Source of the DNA: a candidate division WOR-3 bacterium
Lineage (GTDB): Bacteria > Hydrothermota > Tepidihabitantia > Tepidihabitantales > CAIPLT01
Assembly (NCBI GenBank): GCA_965649215.1
Contig: CBFGJZ010000006.1
Coordinates: 17,193-81,192, forward strand
Direction of reading: 5' to 3'
DNA length: 64,000 bases
In this document: positions 19,080 through 27,056 of the stretch, piece after piece
How the letters are laid out: every line of letters begins with the position of its first letter
Position numbering within the stretch: the stretch's first letter is position 1
Translations under genes and position numbers: made by a program
The notes under the pieces: generated by a model
The model's database searches: none
The model's input: the letters and a program-made list of their open reading frames with translations, nothing else
What the model was told of the DNA's origin: nothing

Positions 19080-19763
19080 TTAAAATTTTTGGATTTTATT
19101 TTTCATAGCAAGAACATAAGCAAGCTCAGATTTTGCTTGTTCAGCATTTTCCCCGGGCGGCAATTCTTTAATCGCTAATTGGTAAATTTTTTCGGCATTA
19201 TTAAGGTCATTAAGCGTTCGATATGCACGACCCGCAGCAAGTAAAGCATCCGCGGCTAAAGGAAATTTTTTATATTTGTGATAAACTTGTTCATATATTA
19301 GTGCCGCTTTACGATAATTCTGTTGTTCTTCATAGCAATTACCAATAGCAAATAACGATGCTGGTCCTAACACATCATTATTTTTTAGTCTGCTATAGGC
19401 TTTTTCATAAAAACTGCGTGCTTTTGTAAAATCCTGGTTTTGATATGCAATATTACCTAAATAAAAAAATGCTTTTGCAGATAAGTAATGACGACCGAAA
19501 CGGCGTGTAAATTCAATAAATTTCTCATTTGCCGCATCTAATTGGTCAGGACTTTGCGCTACTGAATAAATACCTAATGCTTCGGTGAAACGTAATTGTA
19601 CTTCCGGATTTTCTTTTCCCCGACCGGATAGACTAATAATAATTGCAACAATAATAACGATAATTACACCAATACCAATAAAAAACTTTTGTCTCTGATG
19701 ATAATATAAAGAAACAATTTTTGTTATAAATTCTTGAAACTTATCTTCCGTCGTATGTGCCAT
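19080..19763 (-). CDS. Membrane-anchored TPR protein (YfgM/CpoB-like)
   Basis: N-terminal TM helix followed by several TPR-like repeats. Confidence 0.8.
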   Translation of the reverse strand: MAHTTEDKFQEFITKIVSLYYHQRQKFFIGIGVIIVIIVAIIISLSGRGKENPEVQLRFTEALGIYSVAQSPDQLDAANEKFIEFTRRFGRHYLSAKAFFYLGNIAYQNQDFTKARSFYEKAYSRLKNNDVLGPASLFAIGNCYEEQQNYRKAALIYEQVYHKYKKFPLAADALLAAGRAYRTLNDLNNAEKIYQLAIKELPPGENAEQAKSELAYVLAMKNKIQKF

Positions 19764-19794
19764 AAAAAACCTTTCTTTGTATTAATTCCTAAAC

Positions 19795-19868
19795 TACCCC
19801 TGGTGAGATTCGAACTCACGACCTACGGTTTAGGAAACCGTCACTCTTTCCAACTGAGCTACAGGGGC
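19795..19868 (-). tRNA. tRNA-Arg(CCT)
   Basis: Acceptor GCCCCTG/CAGGGGT, anticodon arm ACGGT-TTCCTAA-ACCGT, T-loop TTCGAAT; CCA not encoded. Confidence 0.97.
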
Positions 19869-19878
19869 TAATCATATC

Positions 19879-19906
19879 ATTATATTAGATTAATAAATTC
19901 TGTCAA
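19879..19906 (-). promoter_or_regulatory. sigma70 promoter of tRNA-Arg
   Basis: TTGACA-N16-TATAAT, 10 nt upstream of the tRNA. Confidence 0.75.
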
Positions 19907-19915
19907 TCAATTATC

Positions 19916-20278
19916 TTACAAACCTTGACAACTTTCTGCCTCATATTTTTCTTTGATCATATCTTCGATTGTTTTAGTAGTTTCTTCGCTTATTAATGAC
20001 TTTACATGTTCAAAATCGGCTTCAATGTTGCGTGAATATTCTTCTAATTCTCTAAGTGCTTTTTTCCCACTCGCATATTCTAAACATTTTAAACGTCTCA
20101 ATAGTACTTCATAAGGTTTATCCGAGGTATAGGTTAATAGCGTATATCTAGCAACAAAACTATGACAATTAGCACATTCGATGTAAACTCTGATATGTTC
20201 ACCGGTTTTAACATGAACATAATTAATTAATGTTGTGCTATTGCACTTCGGGCATGCTTCTTTTTTAGCATTTTCCAT
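19916..20278 (-). CDS. Hypothetical protein with N-terminal Zn-ribbon (CPKC...CANC)
   Basis: Two CxxC pairs; SD AAGGAG; last gene of the operon. Confidence 0.75.
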   Translation of the reverse strand: MENAKKEACPKCNSTTLINYVHVKTGEHIRVYIECANCHSFVARYTLLTYTSDKPYEVLLRRLKCLEYASGKKALRELEEYSRNIEADFEHVKSLISEETTKTIEDMIKEKYEAESCQGL

Positions 20279-20299
20279 TATTATAACTCCTTTAAGACT

Positions 20300-21652
20300 T
20301 TATTTGAAAAATAAAATTGTTATTAGTTTTATATAAAATATAATAACGATCGCTGATATTATTGCAATAATACTACCATATTTAATCATATTCCTAATTT
20401 TTATTAAACCTGAACCATAAGCAATTGCATTTGGTGGCGTACTAACTGGTAAAATCATCGCAATTGATGCTGCAATACTAACAATTAATGCAGTATCTAT
20501 TGATTTAGCAGTAAGGCCGACTGCGATCGGCAATAAAATTGCAGCAGTACTAGTATTGGAAATAAAACTAGTTAATATTATAGTTATAATAGATAGCCCA
20601 GCTAAGAGTAATAAACTCGGAAATGCTTGAAAATTTAATAAATTAACAAACCAATTGGAAAGGCCACTTTTTTCGATCGACATTCCCAGTGATAATCCAC
20701 CACCCATTAATATTAAAGTATCCCAACCTAAATTACCAAAATGCTCTTCTTTTAATAAACCAAAACCACTAAAAATTATTACTGGAATTAACGAAACAAT
20801 ACTCGTTGGAATTTTATGCAATTCTGCTGTTAACCATAATAAAAATGTAAGCCCAAATACTCCTAATACTAACTTTTGTTCAGATGTAAATCCTTGTGTC
20901 TTATTTTCAATTAATTGAACATTTTTTATCTTGGATTTAAAGCCCATCTTTAATATCAAATAAATAATGATAAAAAGTAAAATTGTTAATGGGACAGCAA
21001 ATGCCATCCAACCGATAAAAGATAAATTAATATTTTTAGAACGCAATATGCTAATTGCTAATGCATTTGGTGGTGTTCCAATGGGAGTAGCAATTCCACC
21101 GATATTAGCGGCAAAAGGAATGCCTAAAGCAAGGGCGGGTATTAGCGGGTCTTCGGGAGGGATATTTTGCTTTAAGACTAATACTAAGCCAATCATTAAA
21201 GCGGTTGTTGCTGTATTAGACATCCACATTGAAAGAAATGCAGTAACTGCCATTAATCCAATTAGAACCCGATTAGAATCGTTACCAATGCGTTTTAGAA
21301 TTAAGAATACAAACCATTCATCTAAATCATATTTTTTTAAAGCTTGAGCTAATACTAAACCACCTAAGAACAATACAATAACTGAATCAAAAAAAGGTAC
21401 AAGAAATATTCGAAAATTATCACCCATGGGCGGAATATGAGTGAGAAATACTGCTTGTAAAAATAAGATAATAAACGAGGTAACATACAAAGGAACAACT
21501 TCACTAATCCAGAATAAAGAAGCGATAATCAAAATGCAAAGAGTCCTTTTACTTGCTTCGGTTAATCCATGAATAGGAAGTAAATAAATAATTAATGTAA
21601 TTAGGGTAAATAATAAAATTAAGATTATTTTTTTTATTGTTTCTTTTTTCAC
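20300..21652 (-). CDS. SLC13/DASS Na+-coupled dicarboxylate/sulfate transporter
   Basis: SMWMSNTAT, ANIGGIATPIGTPPN, SNTSTA, PVSTPPNAI. Confidence 0.93.
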   Translation of the reverse strand: MKKETIKKIILILLFTLITLIIYLLPIHGLTEASKRTLCILIIASLFWISEVVPLYVTSFIILFLQAVFLTHIPPMGDNFRIFLVPFFDSVIVLFLGGLVLAQALKKYDLDEWFVFLILKRIGNDSNRVLIGLMAVTAFLSMWMSNTATTALMIGLVLVLKQNIPPEDPLIPALALGIPFAANIGGIATPIGTPPNALAISILRSKNINLSFIGWMAFAVPLTILLFIIIYLILKMGFKSKIKNVQLIENKTQGFTSEQKLVLGVFGLTFLLWLTAELHKIPTSIVSLIPVIIFSGFGLLKEEHFGNLGWDTLILMGGGLSLGMSIEKSGLSNWFVNLLNFQAFPSLLLLAGLSIITIILTSFISNTSTAAILLPIAVGLTAKSIDTALIVSIAASIAMILPVSTPPNAIAYGSGLIKIRNMIKYGSIIAIISAIVIIFYIKLITILFFK

Positions 21653-21670
21653 AGGATAGTTTAATGTATC

Positions 21671-23782
21671 TTATAAGAGGAATCGGGCATCAATTGCTAC
21701 TGCTCCTTTTCCCTCTTCATATACAACAAATGGGTTTATGTCTATTTCATTAAACTCAGGAAAGTCGGTTGTTAATTGGGATAATCTTTGTAAAGATTCT
21801 TCAATTATTTTTATATCCGCTGGCCCTTTACCTCTAAATCCCTTAAGAATTCGATAACTCTTTATTTCTTGAATCATATGGAGTGCTGATAAAGCTTTAA
21901 TTGGACAAATTCGAAAACTGACATCGCGCAGTACTTCCACATAAATACCACCTAAGCCAAACATAATAAGCGAACCAAATTGAGGATCTTTTTTAATACC
22001 CATAATTGTTTCAATACCGCGTGCTGCCATTTTTTGTATGAGAAATCCTTCAATTCGTGTGGTTGGTTTTAGAGCTTTAATTTTATTTTGCATTTCTTTG
22101 TATTTGCTTATTAATTCGTCATCATTGTTGATATCAATTGCAACACCACCAACATCGGTTTTATGCAGGATATCTGGTGAAACTACTTTCATAACTAGCG
22201 GATAACCGATTTCCTTTGCTTTTGTTATTAATTCATCAGGAGTTTTAACTAAAGTATTTGGTAAAATAGGAATCTTATAAGCATTGAGAATTTGGTAACC
22301 TTCATTTTCAAGAAGTGCCTTGGGAGAACGATTTTGAACATTTTTAATAATCATTGCTACTGTTTCTTTGTCGACATCATCAAAATATCTTACTTCGCTT
22401 TTTGGTAGTTGAGTCCAATCATAAAATGAACACATGTTGGCTAAAGCTTTTGCCGCAGTTTCAGGAAAAGGATAATATGGTATTTTAGCTTGCCATAATG
22501 TTTGAATTACTTCTTTTGTATTTTCTAACGATAAAAGACAACCCATAATTGGTTTAGCATAATTGGGAGCAATTTTGATGATTTCTTGAGCAATCGTTTT
22601 TGTCTCAGCCATTAAAGTTGGTGTCCAGATCGCGATGATGCCATCCACATTATCATCTTCTAATAATAATTTAAGCGCTTGGGAATATCTCTTTTCGTCC
22701 GCATCTCCAATTACATCAAGAGGATTGTTAATACTCGCTGAAGAAGGTAAGAAGTTTCTAAGACTCTGTTTTGTTGTTTCGGTGAAAGTAGATAATTGTA
22801 ATTCATTTCTAATTACAGAATCCGTTGCCATAATACCCATTCCACCCGCATTGGTAATAATTGCCATCTTACGAGATTTTGGAATTGGTTGTCCAGAGAA
22901 TGCTTTAGCATAATCAAATAACTCACTTACTGTATCGACTCGGATAATACCACATTGATGTAAAAATGCGTTATATGCCTCATCAGAACCAGCTAAAGCA
23001 CCAGTATGAGAAGATGCCGCCTTTGCACCTTCTGTAGTCCGGCCTGACTTAATTGCCAAAATTGGTTTACCAATATTTGCTGTGACATCATACGCTACAT
23101 CCATAAATTTTTTAGGATACACTAAATCCTCTAAATAAAGGATAATTACAGTTGTTTGTTCGTCGTCTCGAAGATATTCCAATAAATCATTTTCATTGAT
23201 ATCAGCTTTATTACCAATTGAAATAAACTTTGATAATCCAATTCCCTCTGCTTCTGCATATTCTAATGCAGTTACCCCAACTGCACCACTCTGAGAAACA
23301 AAAGCAATATTACCACTCGGTGGCAATGCTTTACCAAAAGTTGCATTAAGCCGAACCCGATGATCAGAATTTATCATACCAAAACAATTAGGACCGATTA
23401 AAGAAAGATTGTGTTTCTGGGCAATTTCTTTAATTCGTTTTTCTAACTTAAGACCGCTCTCCCCTATTTCTTTAAACCCCGCAGTAATAATTATGGCACC
23501 TTTTACATTTTTTTGACCGCATTCTTCAATTATTTCTGGAACTGCCGGAGCAGGAACAATTATAACCGCTAAATCAACCTCGTCAGGAATATGCAAAACC
23601 GATGGAAATGCTTTTACTCCGAGCACGCTCCGAACATTAGGATTAACCGGATAAACAATACCTGTAAATCCGTTCATTAGGATATTAGCAAAAGTTGCTT
23701 GCCCAACACTGCCGGCTCGAGTTGAAGCCCCAATTACGGCAATTGAGCGCGGCCAGAAGATAAACTTTAAATTCGGATTCAT
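21671..23782 (-). CDS. ADP-forming acetate/acyl-CoA synthetase, alpha-beta fusion
   Basis: CoA-binding domain, GPNC, SQSGA, SHTGALAG (phospho-His), NPLD, ATP-grasp ILHKTDVGGV, DINP. Confidence 0.92.
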   Translation of the reverse strand: MNPNLKFIFWPRSIAVIGASTRAGSVGQATFANILMNGFTGIVYPVNPNVRSVLGVKAFPSVLHIPDEVDLAVIIVPAPAVPEIIEECGQKNVKGAIIITAGFKEIGESGLKLEKRIKEIAQKHNLSLIGPNCFGMINSDHRVRLNATFGKALPPSGNIAFVSQSGAVGVTALEYAEAEGIGLSKFISIGNKADINENDLLEYLRDDEQTTVIILYLEDLVYPKKFMDVAYDVTANIGKPILAIKSGRTTEGAKAASSHTGALAGSDEAYNAFLHQCGIIRVDTVSELFDYAKAFSGQPIPKSRKMAIITNAGGMGIMATDSVIRNELQLSTFTETTKQSLRNFLPSSASINNPLDVIGDADEKRYSQALKLLLEDDNVDGIIAIWTPTLMAETKTIAQEIIKIAPNYAKPIMGCLLSLENTKEVIQTLWQAKIPYYPFPETAAKALANMCSFYDWTQLPKSEVRYFDDVDKETVAMIIKNVQNRSPKALLENEGYQILNAYKIPILPNTLVKTPDELITKAKEIGYPLVMKVVSPDILHKTDVGGVAIDINNDDELISKYKEMQNKIKALKPTTRIEGFLIQKMAARGIETIMGIKKDPQFGSLIMFGLGGIYVEVLRDVSFRICPIKALSALHMIQEIKSYRILKGFRGKGPADIKIIEESLQRLSQLTTDFPEFNEIDINPFVVYEEGKGAVAIDARFLL

Positions 23783-23784
23783 AT

Positions 23785-25623
23785 TTATTCTTGAAAATTA
23801 ATAATTAATGTATATACACCATCTGACCATTTACTTTTAACTGGATAACCCATTTTATGAGTTAAACGATAAGCTGCAACATTCGTATCTAATACATATC
23901 CGATAAATCCTTTGATTTGTTTCATTTTGGCAATTTTTATCAAATCTGCAAAAAGCACCGTTCCGATGCCTTTATTTTGCCATTCATCTGCTATTGCAAA
24001 AGCAAATTCAGCAAAACCACTTGCTTTATCTAAACTATATCCGGCCATCCCGATAATTTTTTCTTCACCGGCTTGTTTTAACACTACTACTAATACTAAT
24101 TCATTATCATAATCGACATTAACGAATTTAGATAGCCGATCATGAGGTAAGGCATTAAGATAAGAAAAAAAGCGATAGTAAATAGTTTGGCTTGAAAACT
24201 TATAAAAAAGTTCTCTCACTAATGGTTCATCAGTCGGACGTACTGGCCGAATAAAGACTTTTAATCCATTTTTTGTTTCAGCCCATGTCTCGAGTTCTTC
24301 GGGATAACGAGCATGAACTAATGGTAATTCCGGCTGGTCTTGATAAACGTAATTTAATTCTTTTGCTTTCTTGAGTAGTTCAGCACGGAATTTGGGATGC
24401 GCAATCGATATCAAAGAAAGTGCTCGTTCCCGGATAGTTTTACCATAGAGATTAGCCACGCCCCATTCGGTTACAACATAATGAACATCACCTCTCGTTG
24501 TTACTACTCCAGCGCCTTCGGAAAGAGCTGGTACGATTCTTGATTTACTTTCATCTGAGCGAATTGATGGGACAACAATAATTGCTTTGCCATCTTTTGC
24601 TCGAGCTGCACCCCGTACAAAATCAAGTTGTCCCCCAATCCCCGAATAGAATTTATATCCGATTGAATCCGCACAAACTTGTCCAGTGAGATCTATTTCA
24701 ATTGCGGAATTAATCGAAACCATTTTTTCATTTTGAGCAATTACAAAAGGATCGTTAGTATAACTTACGGGATGAAATTCAAAAAAGGGATTATTATCAA
24801 GATAGCGGTACAATCTTTTAGTACCCATTGCAAAAGCAGCTATACATTTACCTTTATGAAGCGATTTTTTTCGGTTGGTAATAACACCTTTATCAATTAA
24901 ATCAATTAAATTATCAGAAAAGACTTCGGTATGAATACCGATATCTTTTTTATTCTCTAAGAAATCAAGTAGTGCGGTTGGTACACCCCCATAGCCAACT
25001 TGAATTGTTGAACCATCTTCAATTAAATCAGATACATTTTTAGCAATGCGTTTAACGATTTCTGGTTGTGCTTTAACCGTATATTCAAGAATTGGTTCTT
25101 CTGAGTATACTACATAATCAATTTCATTAAGATGAATAAATGAATCGCCAAGAGTTCTAGGCATATTTGGATTAATCTCGGCAATAACAATTCTTGCCGC
25201 TTCTGTCGCAGGTTTAGTAATATCTACAGAGATACCGTAACTACAATAACCATGTTCGTCAGGTAATGATACGGTTATCAACGCAACATCAATTGGCAAT
25301 CTTCCTGATAAAAATAACTTGGGAATTTCGGATAAGAATATCGGTGTATAATCAGCGCCACCTTGTTGAACTCGTTCTCGTAAATCTCTACCGATAAAAA
25401 AAGTATTGGTCCGAAACTTATCTTTTAGAGTTTCTTGTGCATAATCAACAATACCCAGATTTAAAATTTGTGTTATTTCAACATCTTCGGCAGGTGCTAA
25501 AGTTAATGCTTTAACCAAAGACTGTGGTGCTCCACAAGCCGAACCAATAAAAACGCGAAACCCAGATTTTATAGCTTTTACTGCTTGTTCAGGTTTAATT
25601 ATTCTTTTTTTCCAATCAATCAT
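23785..25623 (-). CDS. Acetyl-CoA hydrolase/CoA-transferase fused to C-terminal GNAT
   Basis: GIHTE, EIDLTGQV, SGIGGQLDF, VTEWGVA; then IRPVRPTD, YYRFF, AEFAFAIADEWQNKGIG. Confidence 0.92.
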   Translation of the reverse strand: MIDWKKRIIKPEQAVKAIKSGFRVFIGSACGAPQSLVKALTLAPAEDVEITQILNLGIVDYAQETLKDKFRTNTFFIGRDLRERVQQGGADYTPIFLSEIPKLFLSGRLPIDVALITVSLPDEHGYCSYGISVDITKPATEAARIVIAEINPNMPRTLGDSFIHLNEIDYVVYSEEPILEYTVKAQPEIVKRIAKNVSDLIEDGSTIQVGYGGVPTALLDFLENKKDIGIHTEVFSDNLIDLIDKGVITNRKKSLHKGKCIAAFAMGTKRLYRYLDNNPFFEFHPVSYTNDPFVIAQNEKMVSINSAIEIDLTGQVCADSIGYKFYSGIGGQLDFVRGAARAKDGKAIIVVPSIRSDESKSRIVPALSEGAGVVTTRGDVHYVVTEWGVANLYGKTIRERALSLISIAHPKFRAELLKKAKELNYVYQDQPELPLVHARYPEELETWAETKNGLKVFIRPVRPTDEPLVRELFYKFSSQTIYYRFFSYLNALPHDRLSKFVNVDYDNELVLVVVLKQAGEEKIIGMAGYSLDKASGFAEFAFAIADEWQNKGIGTVLFADLIKIAKMKQIKGFIGYVLDTNVAAYRLTHKMGYPVKSKWSDGVYTLIINFQE

Positions 25624-25655
25624 ATTACCTTCTTTTAAATTACATCAAAATAACC

Positions 25656-25674
25656 ATGCTTACTAAGTAAGTAT
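25656..25674. promoter_or_regulatory. Palindromic operator candidate
   Basis: ATGCTTACT-A-AGTAAGTAT (8/9 inverted match); half-site AGTAAGTAT repeated at 25704-25712. Confidence 0.55.
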
Positions 25675-25707
25675 AAAATATTATTTTATGTTACATTAAT
25701 TAAAGTA

Positions 25708-25736
25708 AGTATAAATTATAATTTAGTATTTGTCAA
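25708..25736 (-). promoter_or_regulatory. sigma70 promoter of the CoA-transferase operon
   Basis: TTGACA-N17-TATACT on the minus strand. Confidence 0.65.
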
Positions 25737-25745
25737 TAATAGTTC

Positions 25746-25773
25746 TTGACTTAAGTATAATATTAAGTAAAAT
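25746..25773 (+). promoter_or_regulatory. sigma70 promoter, (near-)leaderless thi4
   Basis: TTGACT-N16-TAAAAT; ATG 8 nt later. Confidence 0.6.
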
Positions 25774-25781
25774 TAACAACT

Positions 25782-26573
25782 ATGAAATTAAATAATAAAC
25801 AAATTTTAGACGAAACTATTATAACCAAGGCAATTATTGATTGTTATTTAAGGGAGTTTATTGATAATTTATCAGTCGATGTTATTATTGCTGGTGCCGG
25901 TCCTTCAGGATTAACTGCGGCATATTATTTAGCTAAAAATGGAGTAAAAACAATTGTCTTTGAAAAAACACTTAGACCTGGTGGTGGTATTGCTGGTGGT
26001 GGTATGATGTTTAATAAAATTGTTGTTCAAGAAAGTTGTTTAGCTATTTTAAAAGAATTAGATATTAGTTATCAGCGGTATCAAAAGAATTATTATGTTG
26101 CTGAAGCTTTAGAAGCATTAGGGCAACTTTTAGCCAAAACGATCAAAAAAGGTGTCAAATTATATAATGCAATAACCGTTGAAGATGTTATGATTCGCGC
26201 CGAACATATTACTGGCGTTGTCATTAACTGGAGTGCCGTGATAACCGCACAATTACACGTTGACCCATTAACCATAAAGAGTAATTTTGTGATTGATGCC
26301 ACAGGTCATGCTGCTGAAATAGTAAGAATTGTTGAAAAGAAAATTGGCGCCACACTCTATACTGAAACTGGGTATGTTATCGGTGAAAAACCAATGTGGG
26401 CTGATGTTGGCGAACAACTAATTATGAATAATACCAAAGAAGTATATCATAATCTATATGTCACTGGTATGGCAGCAAATGCAGTTTTCGGTGCTCCGCG
26501 CATGGGACCAATCTTTGGCGGTATGTTTTTATCTGGCAAAAAAGTAGCAGAATTAATTCTAAAAAAACTGTAA
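25782..26573 (+). CDS. thi4: Sulfide-dependent ADP-thiazole synthase (non-Cys Thi4)
   Basis: GAGPSG, GGGIAGGG, LHVDP (His at the site of the suicide Cys), DATGH, PRMGPIFGGM. Confidence 0.92.
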   Translation: MKLNNKQILDETIITKAIIDCYLREFIDNLSVDVIIAGAGPSGLTAAYYLAKNGVKTIVFEKTLRPGGGIAGGGMMFNKIVVQESCLAILKELDISYQRYQKNYYVAEALEALGQLLAKTIKKGVKLYNAITVEDVMIRAEHITGVVINWSAVITAQLHVDPLTIKSNFVIDATGHAAEIVRIVEKKIGATLYTETGYVIGEKPMWADVGEQLIMNNTKEVYHNLYVTGMAANAVFGAPRMGPIFGGMFLSGKKVAELILKKL

Positions 26574-27056
26574 TCGCTGTTTAAGCCGTGATTATCTGTG
26601 GCAAAAACAAAAATATTATCTAAACCATAATTTTAACAATTAACAATATAACTTTATTAAATAAGTATTATTTGCGTGTATGATAATTTTATTTTTAAAT
26701 AGAATAAAAAATAAATATATATTAGATATAACATACTAAATTTCAAATAGATAAACCACTTTCGCTTAAAGTATGAGTATAGTGCCCTCGTAAGTCTATT
26801 TATATTCGATTGAATTCAATTTATAAAGCTACTTGGCGACTAAACGAATTATCTTTTCATCATTTACAATATCAATATCTTAATAACTTAATCAATTCTC
26901 ACGTTTGTATTTTTTCTTCTTGATAGTCTTTATTTTAATTTTTTAATATACTTCAGAATTAAAACACTTAATTATATGTCTTATTATTAATGGATCAATA
27001 TAATAATTTACTTACCTTTATATATCAGATATAGAGAACTTTGGAAATTAGAGATT

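Noticed and set aside
21671-23782. Pat/PatZ protein acetyltransferase
   Set aside because: No GNAT domain on this polypeptide, and the catalytic His is retained.
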